64,000 nucleotides of DNA from Squalus acanthias (lineage: Eukaryota), in assembly GCA_030390025.1 (NCBI GenBank), contig JASTWF010000034.1, forward strand, positions 4,030,001 through 4,094,000, written 5' to 3'. Below, piece after piece: positions 35,516 through 49,238 of this stretch. Under the pieces are notes generated by a model. That model was not told the DNA's origin. It did no database searches and was given only the letters and a program-made list of their open reading frames with translations. How positions within the stretch are numbered: position 1 is the first letter of the stretch; each line of letters starts with the position of its first letter. The position numbers and the translations under genes were made by a program.

Positions 35516-38500
35516 TTGTCCCCTAACGATTGGTCGGAAGTGGGGTTCCGATATGATGGTAGCGGGAGACCAGTAGTCCTTGTTGTCTTAAAAGTGGACC
35601 GGCAGCAGATTATGCTTATAGACACTGGCTCAGCCGTTACCATCATCCACACCCCATACCCTGAACGCCATGCAGCGGCGGGCAAGGGTTGTATGGCCCT
35701 TAAAGGGTTTATTGGTGATACAACCACCGCGTATACAGGGAAGGCCTCTGAACTTCAGTTGGGAGGCCTCATCTGTAAGGTCCCAGCGCCGATGCTGATG
35801 ACCACCCCCGACGGAAGGGGAATGTTAGGGACTGATGTGTTGGATCAATATGGCGCGGTAATAGATTACAATCGGGACTGTGTTTGGATGGGATTGAGAA
35901 ATAATGCAAAAGTGACAGAAATTTCAGATGCTCACGCTGTTTTTGCTATTATAATGCTATCCGAGTATGATCCTCCGGGGAGCGAAAATGAAGCTGTGGC
36001 AAAACTAATTCAGGAACACCTAGCGGTGTTTGCCACGTGCAAGCACGATTGTGGAAAAATGGAGGCGAAGATTCTATTGAGGGACCCCCCCACTCATTCA
36101 CTAACAGTACCCCATCCCAAGGGAGAGTCACCCGAGACACCATAAAATCTCTAGTCGAGAAGGGTGTTGTTAGGACAGGCACTTCCACAACCAATTCACC
36201 CACACGACTGGTTAAAAAGCCTGATAGCAGCTGGCGACTGACTATTGCTGACAGAAAGTTCAATTCTGTAACGCCAGCCTGCTCACCGGTAGTAAGAGAA
36301 GCTCCCACCATATTATCTCAAATTGCTGCTGGTTCCAAGTACTTCTCGACCCTCGACATGGCCAATTGATTCTGGAGTTTCCCTGTTAAAAGGGAGGACC
36401 AGTTAAATTCACGTTCACAGTTGAGGATCAGAGCTACACCTGGACATGCCTGCCTCAGGGGGTCCACAATGCCCCCCATGATCTTCCACTAAAGAATGGC
36501 TGCGGTTTTAAAAGACTTTTCCCGCCCTACCTGCTTGCTACAGTATGTAGACGGTCTACTGCTGGCAACCGATAACATGGAGGAGCATCTGTCCCTTTTG
36601 CACGTACTGTTGACATTATTGGCTCAGGCGGGACTAAAGGTGAATCCCCGTAAGGCTCAGTTGGTAAAAGAACGGGTCACCTTTCTGGGAGTGTCCATTT
36701 CTCCAGAGGGAGCGTCCCCCGACTCCTACAAGGTGGAGATAATGCAGCGACTACCATTACCCATTTCCAAAACAGCCCTACGATCATTCTTGGGTTTGGT
36801 GGGCTACCAAAGGGACTTTATCCCAGGCTTTGCAGAGTGCGCAAAGCCCCTGTATGATTTGATAAAACTGCAGGGTGATGACATACGCCCGGCATGGACT
36901 AATGATCACACCCAGTCCGTGGCCATATTAAAAACTGCAGTGATACAGGCCGCATGTCTGATTCCTCCGGTCCCACGCAGCCCTTCCATTTGGAGGTCGG
37001 GGCCACAGAAAAAAGCCTCGCCGCAGTTCTGTGCCAAACGCGAGCTGATCGACTACCGTCCATTGCATATGCGTCTGGAATCCTGCAGGGGGCAGAAAAG
37101 ACGTACACCGCGTGCGAGCGCCACCTGCTGGCCTGTCTTCTGGGCGGTACAGCATTTTACCTTTATTTCTGGCTGCAAGCTACCATCCTTCACAGCGCTC
37201 ATACGCCTCTGAGCCTACTGATGAAACCTGGAGATTCGCTAGTTTCCTCGCAGCACCTCAGCAAATGGACATTGGAATTTATGGAAAGAGACATTGTTAT
37301 CATTTCCAAACCCACCACGTTGGTGCCACAATTTCTGGTTTATGCGGGGGAACTGCATGAATGTCCGCTACCCCTGATTAACTTTGAGACCCATCCCGTG
37401 CAGAAAGAGCCCATACAGGGAGCCCCAGATGTCTACGTCGATGGGTCCTCATATCACATCGCGGGATCCCCCCACACCGTGTATGCTGTGGTATTGCCAG
37501 AGAGAACCATCCAGCGACGATGCAACCGACAGTCCACACAATATGCAGAAATCGCCGCACTTCTAAGCACCGTGAAATAAACCTCAGATAGACCCGTGAA
37601 TATTTGGTTCGATAGTGCCTATGCCATAAACACCATGCTCTCCTTGCTCCTATACCACGAAAATGACTACCGTACAATTGACGGTAACGAACTGGTCCAT
37701 GGGGCCTGGTTACGCCTGCTCTGGTCATACCTTAAACAGCGATCCCATCCCTGTTTCATAGAAAATGTAGCAGCCCATAGAAAAGGTGTCCACAAAGTGA
37801 GGGAAATTCCAGAGCAGACAGAGCAGACAAGGTCGCTGCGATTAATGGGGAGATAGAGGATATAGTTTTTGAGCCCTGCAATGGCTCCCCAACAGATCAC
37901 CTAGATTTTAATTCCCTGCAGCAGCAATACTGTCCATAAGCCGTTGTAAGCGCCTGGCACGAGGAAGGCAGACCACTTCCTCAACCGACAGCCTGGAACC
38001 CCAATACCAGACTAGCCACTGCCCCTGACTCAGCGGAGTAGTTGGTGATGTTGAAAAGAAAGCCATACGTCTGCCCGGTGTTGTGTGTTCCACCAGAGCT
38101 GGGTCAGGAACTGCTGTCCCTCTTTCACACCCTCACCACGGCAGGGCACTATTCGGCCCTGGCAATCTTCAATAAGGTAGCATCCAAAGCTTGGTGGTCT
38201 TTCATGAGGGAAACAATCAACCAAATGTGGCACGATGCCGACCGTGCCTGCAGCCCAATCCTCCCACGTGCACTAACCGAGCCTTGCTTCAAAGCGCGCC
38301 CCCACCTCAAGGGCCATGGACTCACCTCCAAATAGACGTCATTGGGCCACTTCCACAGGCGCAAGGCAATTCTTGGCATGCCCTAGTGGTGGTGGATCAA
38401 TTCACAAAATGGATCGAAGCATTCCCCTGGCGCTCCAACACCACAATCACGGATGCCAAAACACTATTAAATCATATGTTTTGTAGGTGGGGTGTACCGG

Positions 38501-39898
38501 TAAAAGTGGACAAGGGAATACACATTAAATGGTTGGACACTGAGTAATGCAGAGGAACAAAGGGACCTTGGAGTGCATGTCCACAGATCCCTGAATGTAG
38601 CAGGTCAGGTAGATAAGGTGGTTAAGAAGGCATACGGAATGCTTGCCTTTATTAGCCGTGGTATAGAATACAGGAGCAGGCGGGTTATGCTTCAACTGTA
38701 TAAAACAATAGTTAGGCCTCAGCTAGAATACCGCATGCAGTTCGAGTCACCACATTACAGGAAAGATGGGATTGCACTAGAGAGGATACAGAGGAGATTT
38801 ACAAGGATGTTGCCGCGAGTAGAGTATCTTAGCTATGAGGAACGACTGGATAGGGTGGGTTTGTTTTCCTTGGAACAGAGGAGGCTGAGGGGAGACCTTA
38901 TTGAGGTTTTTAAAATTATGAAGGGCATGGATAAAGTGGATAGAAAGGACCTGTTTCCCTTAGCAGAGGGGTCAAAAACCAGGGGGCACAGATTTAAAGT
39001 AATTAGTGGAAGGTTTAGAGGGGATTTGAGGGGAAATTTCTTCATCCAGAGGGTGGTGGGGGTCTGGAACTCACTGCCTGAAAGGGTGATAAAGGCAGGA
39101 ACCCTAACCACATTTAAAAAGTACTTGGATGTGCACTTGGGATGCTCTAACCTGCAGGGCTACGGACCAAGAGCTAGGAAGTGGGATTAGGCTGGATAGC
39201 TCTCTGTTGGCCGGCGCGGACACGATGGGCCGAAATGGCCTCCTTCCGTGCTGTAACTTTCTATGATTCGATGATTCTATAGACAATATCATGGTTCGCA
39301 CTTTACCGGTAAGATTTTTACCCACCTGCAAGATATGTTGGGGATAAAACACAAACTACATGTTGCTCACCACGCCCAGTCGTCCGGAGGCGTCTAAAGG
39401 AGGAACAGGACTCTCAAGTAAATGTTAAAAAATTGTGTGCAGACCACCACACTCAATGGGCCAACATGCTGCCAATGTTCTTAATGGCAATGAGGTCCAT
39501 ACCTCATAAAACAGCAGGAGCCTCCCCATATCAGGCCATGACGGGGAGACTCATGAGAACGCCAGGGGATGAACAGCTTGACAATGGAACCATGTAGTTC
39601 CAATTGGCTGAAACAATTGGTAGATCACACCGATCAGATGAATCGATTTGTGGCCACGAAATTGCGGAAGTCAAAAAGACACCTTAAATGGTACTTTGAC
39701 AAGAAAGTCCGTCCCTTTGAGTATCAGGTGGGGGACACCGTAATTATTCCAAATTATGGGAAAAATAAGCATGCTTTTGAGCCCAGGTGGTGGGGACCGC
39801 ATACGATTATATACCGATTGAATCCCGCGGTTTATTTCATTAAGTTACGGGGGAAAAAGGTGTTAAGTACAAGAAATGATATCATATTAACCAGTTAA
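35516..39898 (+). pseudogene. pol: ERV pro-pol: protease, RT, degenerate RNase H, RNase H, integrase; multiple frameshifts
   Basis: LIDTGS; TLDMAN*FWS..YTWTCLPQG..QYVDG; FHLEVGAT..YTACERHLLA; YVDGSS..QYAEIAA..WFDSAYA; WTHLQIDVIGPLP..VVDQFTKWIEAFP; EPRWWGPH. Confidence 0.9.
38514..39281 (+). mobile_element. CR1 3' portion inserted in the ERV integrase
   Basis: ORF 38573-39190 is the CR1 RT C-terminus; gacaa repeated at both junctions. Confidence 0.9.
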
Positions 39899-42800
39899 AA
39901 ACTGCAAAAATTTAATTCTACACTGAACTTGTTTCCCAAAGGACCATGATACGGATACAGATAACACACAACAATGCCATAAACAGCAGAGCTATACAAA
40001 AGCTAGGTGCCAGCCCATGGTTGGAAACAATGTAGAATGTAGGACAACACCCCTGGCTCAGAACACTCTCAATGCTTATGATATGCGACCCCTGGGGAGA
40101 TAAATCAAAGGAGAGGTCAATAAGGTTATTTCCCCCTCAAGGCGGGGAATCTGTAAGAATAAAAATATATGTTTTGTATGTGAGATGGACTCGAGACTAT
40201 TAATATAAGATGTATGTAATAAAGATAAATTTGATGTGTAAGGATTTCCCCTGGGTGAGCAGAACTCAAGGCAATGGCACAAAACATAACAAAGGAAACC
40301 TGCATAACAGGATAACCACCACAGAGACACCATCGAAATTCACCATCGAAACTCAAGAGCCACTAAACGGTATCAACAAACAATTAACTTAAGCAAGAAA
40401 TGGTACCAGCCACTGCAGACAGACACATGTTCAAAGGAAAGCCAATCAAGAACTGCCATGAAACTAAGACCCAATCCTGGGGTCTTAGCAATTTAGACCA
40501 GAGACAATTGACTTAAAAATATATAAAACAAGGAACTCAAAGGCTCTCTCTCTCTCTCTCTCTCCGGATTGCCAGGCAGGGAAGAACAAGAAGCCCCCCC
40601 TCTACAGACCAGACCAAGAAGCAAGGAAAAAGGCAGCGTGCATTGTTGATTCAGGGAAGTACAAGTCTCTGTAAATATAACCCATTACCTTACATGTTGT
40701 AATCGAGTAGAGTCCATAAATAAAAGGAGGCTATTGTTCTGATGGGCATGAGTGTGTGCGTTTAATTAACTTATTCCAAATTGTTTCAAAAGAATTGGTC
40801 TTGCTGTCAATTAAATGGCAGTCGAAATATAATGCTTACAACTCTCTGCACCGGGGAATAAAGTTACAGTTACAGTTAAAGTTAGTTTGACATGATGCCC
40901 TCTACACCGGTGAATAAAGTTACAGTAAATTGTTAATTTGACATGATACACTCTACACCAGGGAATAAAATTACAGTCGATTGTTAATTTGACATGATGC
41001 CCTCTACACCGAAGAATAAAGTTACAGTTAATTGTTAATTTGACATGATACCCTCTACACCAGCGAATACAATTACAGTAATGTTTTTATTTGACTTGAT
41101 AACCTCTACACCAGGGAATAAATTTACAGTTAATTGTTAATTTGACATGATTCCCTTTACACTGTGGAATAAAGTTACAGTTAATAGTTAATTAGACATG
41201 TTACCTCTACACCGGGGAATAAAGTTACAGTTAATTGTTAATTTGACATGATACCCTCTACACCAGGGAATAAATTTACCGCGAATTTTTAATTTGAGAT
41301 GATACCCTCAACACCGGGGAATAAAGTTTCAGTTAATTGATAACTTAGACATCATGCCCTCTACACCAGGGAATAAAGTTAAAGTTAATTGTTAATTTAG
41401 ACATGATGTCAGCTACACCAGGGAATAAAGTTTAAGTTAATTGCTAATTTGACATGCTACCCTCTACACCGGGGAATAAAGTACTAGTTAATTGTTAATT
41501 TGACATGATGCTCTCTCCACTGGGGAATAAAGTTGCAGTTAATTATTAATTTAAACATTATACCCGCTACACCGGGGAATAAATCGGCAGTTAATTCTTA
41601 ATTTAGATATGATGCCTTCTACACAAGGGAATAACGTTACAGTTAATTTTTAAGTTGGCATTTACCCTGCACACTGCGGAATAAATTAACAGTTAATTGT
41701 TAATTTGCCATGATACCCTCTACACCGGGAAATAAAGTTGCAGTTAATTGCTAATTTCACATGATACCCTCTACACCGGGGACTAAAGTTACTGTTGATT
41801 GTTAATTTGACATGATAACCTGTACACTGTGGAATAAAATTACAATCAATTGTTTATTTGACATGATAACCTCTACACTGAGGAATAAAGATAGTCAATT
41901 GTTAATTTGACATGATACCCTCTACACCTGGGAATAAAGTTAAAGTTGATTGTGAATTTAGATATATTACCCTCTACACCCGGGAATAAATTTACAGTTA
42001 ATTGTTAATTTAGACATGATTCCCCCTACACCATGGAATACATTTACAGTTAATTGTTAATTTGACAGAATGCCCTCTACACTGGGGAATAATGTTACAG
42101 TTAATTATTAACTTAGAAATAACTCCCTCTACTACGGGGAATAAAGTTACAGTTAATTGTTAATTTGACAGGATGCCCTCTACACCGGGGAATAATGTTA
42201 CAGTTAATTATTAACTTAGAAATAATTCCCTCTACACCGGGGAATAAAGTTACAGTTAATTGTTAATTTGACAGGATGCCCTCTACACCGGGGAATAATG
42301 TTACAGTTAATTATTAACTTAGAAATAATTCCGTCTACTCCGGGGAATAAAGTTACAGTTAATTGTTAATTTGACTTGATGCCCTCTACACGGGGGAATT
42401 ATGTTACATTTGTTTGTTAATTTGACATGATGCCCTCTACACTTGGGAATAAAGTTACATTCAATTGTTAATTTAGTCATGATACCCTCTACATCGGGGA
42501 ATAAACTTACAATTACTTTCTAATTTTACACGACGCCTTCTACACCGGGGAATAAAGTTACAATTAATAGTTAATTTAGACATGAATCCCTCTACACCGG
42601 GTAAAAAGTTACAGTTAATTATTAATTTGACATGATACACTCTACACCAGGGAATAAAGTTACAGTTCCTTGTTAATTTAGATATGATAACCTCTATACC
42701 GGGGAATAACGTTACAGTTAATTGTTATTTTAGACATGATATCCTCTACACTGTGGATAAATTTACATTTAATTGTTAATTTAGACTTGATATCCTCTAA

Positions 42801-43997
42801 GCCAGAGAAAAAAGTTACAGCTAATTGTTAATTTGACAGGATACCCACTACACCGGGGAATAAAGTTACATTTCATTGTTAATTTGAAATGATATCCTCT
42901 AAACCGGGTAATAAAGTTACAGTTAATTGTTAATTTTATATGATATCCTGTAAACTGGGTAATAAAGTTGAAGTTAATTATTTATTTGACATGTTGCACT
43001 CTAGACCGATGAATAAAGTTACAGTCAATTGTTAACTTAGCATGATATCCTGTAAACTGGGGAATAAAGTGGAAGTTAATTATTTATTTGACATGTTGCA
43101 CTCTACACCGATGAACAAAGTTACAGTCAATTGTTAATGTAGACATGATTTCCTCTACAGCGGGGAATAAAGTTACAGTGAATTTTTAATTTAGACATGA
43201 TACCCTCTACACCGGGGAATTATGTTACAGTTAATTGTTAATTTGAAATGATGCCCTCTACACCGGGGAATGAAGTTACAGTCAATTGTTAATTTGACAT
43301 GATACCCTCTACAATGGGGAATAAAGTTACAGTTAATTGTTAATTTGACATGAAACCCTCTACACCGGGGAATTATGTTACTGTTAATTGTTAATTTGAA
43401 ATGATGCCCTCTACACCGGGGAATGAAGTTACAGTCAATTGTTAATTTGACATGATACCCTCTACAACGGGGAATAAAGTTACAGTAAATTGTTAATTTA
43501 GTCATGATACCCACTGCACCGGGGAATAAAGTTTCAGTTAAATGTGAATATATCATGATTCCCTTTACATCCGGCAGTAAAATTTCAGTTAAATGTTAAT
43601 TTTACATGAAACCCTCTACATCAGGGAATAAAGTTATAATTAATTGTTAATTTAGACATGGTTCTCCCTACACCGGGGAATAAAGTTACAGTTAATTATT
43701 ATATTGACATGATACACACTACACCAGAGAATATAGTTACAGTTCATTGTTAATTTAGCCACGATAGCCTGGACACTAGGGAATAATGTTACAGTTAATT
43801 GTTAATTTAGACATGATATCATCTGCACTGGGGAAAAAGTGACAGTTAATTGTTAATTTTACATGATGCCCTCTACACCGGGGAATAAAGTTACAGTTGA
43901 TTGTTAATTTGACATGATACCCTGTACAATGTGGAATAAAATTACAGTCAATTGTTTATTTGACATGATAACCTCCACAGGGGGGAATAAAGATATT

Positions 43998-44759
43998 GGC
44001 CCAGAAATTCGTCCGAATACGGGAGAGTACGCACTGTGTACTCACCCATATTCGGTCCCGAAGTGCCGGTTTCCTGCATGCACTGTGCATGCACGGGAAA
44101 CCGGCACTTCCGATTTTGCGAAGGGGGCGGTTCCTAAGTGAACCGCGTGCGCACTACAGGCTGTGCGCACGCAGCACTCTTAGTTTTTTTCAGCTTTGAA
44201 CGCGAAGGTAAGTGTTGAAGATTTTACACATGAAGAAAGGAGGCGTAAGACCCCCTTTTAACAAGGTAAGTAGTTAATTAAGTATTATTGTAAATTTTTT
44301 TCAACAGGTTTATCTTTTTTAGAGACCTTAAAGAAAGGTAAGTTTATTTTTATAACTTTTAAAAAGAATTTAAATTTTTTCAAAAATTTAAATTTTTGTT
44401 TAAAGTGGTTAATTTATTTAACTGTAGTTATTTTATTAATGTGATGGGATTTTTTAAATTTAATTGAGGTTTAGCTGTTATTTTGGGGGCAAGTTGTATT
44501 CACAGCTTTGATAGCTCTTCCTGTCAAAACTATGAATGAAAGATGGTGTGCTGCCATTGGCTCTAACGGGCCCACGTGATCCCAGAGGTCGCATCGAACT
44601 AACTGCGCCTCTGGGACACGCACACACTGCGCGCCGGCACCAGGGAGAGGCCCAGGAACTGAAGTTCGTGTGGGTCAAAACCATAAAGGCAGGCGAGGAG
44701 TGCGATATCGCGGGGGATCCTTACCCTCGCGGCAACCATCGAAGTCCAATTTCTGGGCC
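43998..44759. mobile_element. Harbinger-type MITE
   Basis: perfect 12-bp TIR ggcccagaaatt/aatttctgggcc; 3-bp TSD att; AT-rich core, no transposase. Confidence 0.85.
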
Positions 44760-44761
44760 AT

Positions 44762-47476
44762 TGTGGCTGATCACCACCTAAACGAGCGCAATCCACTTGA
44801 CCATCCGTGGACAATAAATCGGGCACCTTGCCGTTAAGGTGCATGCTGCCTTTAAGGCAGGAAAAGAGGAGTGGGCGGGGCATCTGGCTTTTTGCAGAGA
44901 AATGTTGTAGCAGCCATTTTACCAGAGATGTGATTAAAAGCTATGTGTTTCACATATTGACTCGGCCTCAATTCGTGCTTCGCGGCAGCCACAACATTTG
45001 TGACCCCGACGCTCAGAACGTATTCCGAGCACTGCAATGGCGGACACGAACGCAGTTTCTGTGAAACTGCCGGAGTTGTGGGAAAACCAGCCCGAAGCCT
45101 GGTTTCTCCAAGCCGAGTCCCGATTCCGGCTGCAACGCATCACCACAGATGGGATGAAGTACGACTACCTCGTCACATCACTCGGTAGCTCCACAGTTAC
45201 GAAGGTCTGGACAGCACTGCAGAACCCACCAGAGCGGGCAAGTATGCAAATCTTAAGGCCGCGCTCCTTAAAAAATTTACGGCCTCGACATACCAGCGAA
45301 ACTGCCACCTCCTCGACCTTCCAGGCATCAGTGATGCCTCACCGTCAGACCTCCTCTCCCACATGCTCTCCCTCACTGACGAGAGCCCACCCGGATCCCT
45401 CTTCTGCACGCTGTTCATCCACCAGCTACCTCCAGCATCCGCCCAGCGATCGTGGCGTCCGGCCTCACGGACCTGGAAGCCCTGGCCGATGGGGCCGACA
45501 AGCTGTTGTCAGCTCACTCCAGCCGCGACGTCACTCCGGACCTGGCAGCCACTTCCTGGGCGCGCCCCTCACCGGCCACCACGTGGCCACAAGGCCCAGC
45601 CACCGGGCTCACGGGGCCTTCGCGCCCCACTAACCCGGGCCACTGTTACTACCACGCACGGCTCGGCACCAGGGCACAACGGTGCACACCTCCCTGCTCT
45701 TTCAAGTCCACCCCTGTACCAGCCCCCGCGATGGCCGTGGGCCACGCGGGCTACCTGCTGGTACGTCACGGATGACAAAACTGTCTGCCAGTTCCTGTGC
45801 GACACTGGAGCTCAGCACAGCATCATCCCGGCCTCCTCCCTCGACATCCAAAAGGGCAAACGTGGACCGGCGCTGGCTGCTGCTAACGGCTCGGACATCC
45901 AGACATACGGCACCCGCACAGTCACCCTCGACCTCGCTGGTCGCCGCTACCGATGGGAGTTCATCACTGCCAAGGTGCTCTCCCCTCTCATCGGCGCGGA
46001 TTTGCTGTGCGCCCACGGCCTACTGGTAGACATCTCTCGACACCACCTCGTGGACATGAACACCATGTCCCCCATCCTGGGCGACATGGCCCCCCGTCAA
46101 CCCACCGACATGGCGTCACAGTGCCACGCCCGGGCCACGGATGACTACTCGGCACTCCTGCCCGAATTCCCGGCCCTTACCAATCCGACCTTCTCCGTGG
46201 AGGCCGCCAAACACGGGGTGGAACACTTAATCCCCACCACAGGCCCCCCAGTGTACGCCCACACCCGCAGGCTGGACCCGGCCAAACTGGAGATCACGTG
46301 GACCGAGTTTGCCAGCATGGAACAGCTCGGCATCATCTGCCGCTCCAACAGTCCCTGGGAATCCCCACTCCACATCGCCCCCAAACCAGGCGGGGGTTGG
46401 CTCCCCTGCGGGGATTACCGCCGCCTCAATGACGCCACCACCGCCGACATCGCCAGAGCCTTCGTCAGCACCTGGGTCGCACGGTTCAGCATCCCCTCCG
46501 ACATGACGTCGGACAGAGGTCCGCAATTTACCTCTGAACTCTGGACCGCCGTCGCACGCAATCTCGGGGTGACCATTCACCACACCACAGCGTACCACCC
46601 CCAAGCCAACGGACTGTGTGAGCGGTTCCACAGATCCTTGAAGGCATCTCTTCGAGCCAGCCTCCAGGACGGCGCCTGGACCGACCGACTCCCGTGGGTC
46701 CTCCTCGGCCTGCGTACCGCGGTTAAAGAAGACCTCCACACATCGGCAGCAGTTCTCGTGTACGGCCAGCTGCTGGGCGTACCCGGCGCGTTCCTGCCCA
46801 CCGCCACGACACCCTGGTCAGCCGACCAGCAACACCACGACTTCGCGTCACCAGCGCTACTGCTCGCCCCGGTGGCCCATTGCCTGACATGGCGAATCCA
46901 GCTCACACATCCCCTAAGCCTGCACGTGGCACGGTTCGTTTTCGTCTGGCACGACGCCCACCACGGACCCCTTCAACCCCCGTACAACGGGCCCTACAAG
47001 GTGCTACAGGCTGGGGACACATTTTTCACCCTGCAAGTGGGCGACAGGACCAAAAAAGTGTCGGTTGACCGACTCAAGCCAGCACCCTCGGAGCCCGGTG
47101 AGCAGGTCCCGCCAGTTCACCGGCTCTTCCACGCCCGGCCATTCCACGTCCACCGGCATCCTACAAGAGCAGCTCCAGCCGGCCCATCAGACCGCCGCAA
47201 CGTCTCGTTCACACCTCCTAAATGTATTCTGGGGGGAGCTGTGTGGCGGATCGCCACCTAAACGGATACATTCCACTTTTCCGTCCGTGGACAATAAATC
47301 GGGCACCTTGCCTTTAAGGCGCATGCTGCCTTTAAGGCAGGACAAAAGGAGTGGGCGTGGCCTCTGGGTTTTTGCAGAGAAATGTTGTAGCAGCCATTTT
47401 ACCAGAGATGTGATTAAAAGCTATGTGTTTCACATATTGACTCGGCCTCAATTCGTGCTTCGCGGCAGCCACAACA
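44762..47476 (+). mobile_element. Ty3/Gypsy LTR retrotransposon, CsRn1/Kabuki-like, internally deleted
   Basis: 235-bp LTRs 44762-44996 and 47242-47476; Trp-like PBS tgtgaccccgacg; gag VKLPELW..AWFLQAE with CYYH-x9-C-x3-C; protease CDTGA; IN SDRGPQF..YHPQANGLCER; GPY motif; PPT ggggggag; TSD atat. Confidence 0.92.
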
Positions 47477-49238
47477 ATATAGTCAATGTTTTATTTGACA
47501 TGATACCCTCTACACTGAGGAATAAAGATAGTCAATTTTTTTTTTGACATGATACCCTCTACACTGAGGAATAAAGATAGTCAATTTTTTATTTGACATG
47601 ATACCCTCTACACCTGAGAATAAAGTTACAGTTAATTTTTAATTTGACATGAATCTCTCTACACCGGGGAATAATGTTACAGTTAATTATTAATTTAGAC
47701 ATAATTCCCTCTAATCCTGGGAATAAAGTTACAGTTAATTATTTATTTGACATGATACACTCTACACCAGGGAAAGAAATTACAGTCAATTATTAATTTG
47801 ACATGATACCCTCTGCACCGGGGAATAAAGTTACAGGTAATTGTTTATTTGATATGATTCCCTCTACACCAGGGAATAAAGTTTCAATCAATTGTTAATT
47901 TGACATGATACCCACTGAACCTGGGAATAAAGTTACAGTTCATTGTTAATGCAGATATGATTCCCTCCACACCGGGGAATAAAGTTACAGTTAATTGTTA
48001 ATTTAGACCTGATTCCCTCCACACCAGTGAGTAAAGTTACAGTTCATTTTTAATTTGACATGATATCCTCTACACCAGAGAATAAAGTTACAGTTAATTG
48101 TTAATTTAAAATGCAACACTCTACACTGGGGATTAAAGTTACAATAAATTGTTAATTTGACATGATACCCTCTGCACCGGGGAATAAAGTTTCAGTTAAA
48201 TGTTAATTTGACATGATTCCCTCTACACCGGGGAATAAAGTTTCAGTTAAACGTGAATTTGACATGTTACCCTCTACACCAGTGAATAAACTTAACGTTT
48301 ATTGTCAATTGGACGTGATATCCTCTATATCGGGGAATAAATTTACAGTTAATTGTTAATTTGACAAGATATCCTCTACACCGGGAAAAAAAGCTACTTT
48401 TACTTGTTAATTTAGACATGAAACCCTCTGCACCAGTGAATAAAGTTACAGTTAATTGTTAATTTGACATGATACCCTCTACTCCGGGGATTAAATTTAC
48501 AGTTAATTGTTCAATTTAGATGATGACCTGTACACCAGGGAATAAAATTAAAATTAATTGTTAATTTGACATGATAAACTATGCACCGGGGAATAAAGTA
48601 ACTGTCAATTGTTCATTTAGATATGATTAGCTATACACCTGGGAATAAAGTTACAGTTAATTGTTAATTTAGACATGATGCCCTCCAAACCGTGGAATAA
48701 AGTTACTGTTCATTTTTTGTTTGACATGATATCCTTTACACCAGAGAATAAATTTATTTAATTGTTAAATTGACATGATGTCCTCTACACCTGTGGTTAA
48801 AGTTACACTGAATTGCTAATTTTGACATGATGCCCTCTACAACGGGAAATAAAGTTACAGTTAATTGTTGATTTTGACATGATACCCTCTACACCGGTGG
48901 AATAACGTTATAGTTAATTGTTTATTTTCTCATGAAACCTTTACACTGGGGAATAAAGTTGAAGTTGATTGTTCATTTGACATGATACCCTCTACACTGT
49001 GGAATAATGTTACATTCAATTGTTTTTTTTTACATGAAACCTCGACACTGGGGAATAAAGATACAGTCAATTGTTAATTTGAAATGATACCCTCTGCACC
49101 GGGGAATAAAGTTAAAGTTAATTGTTCATTTAGACCTGAAACCCTCTACCCTGGGGAATAAAGTTGCAGTTAATAGTTAATTTGACAGGATTCCCTCTAC
49201 ACCGGAGAATAAAGTTACACTTAATTGTTAATTAAGAC

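Larger units (their letters stand above)
29662..40840 (+). mobile_element. Two-LTR endogenous retrovirus-like element (LTR-PBS-gag-pro-RT-tether-RNase H-IN-PPT-LTR), decayed, env absent or deleted
   Basis: 5' LTR 29662-29680 + 32790-33446 (split by CR1); 3' LTR 40152-40840 with tgtaag..cttaca ends; Pro-like PBS ggctcgtccaggat ~33455; PPT aaggcggggaa ~40139. Confidence 0.88.
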
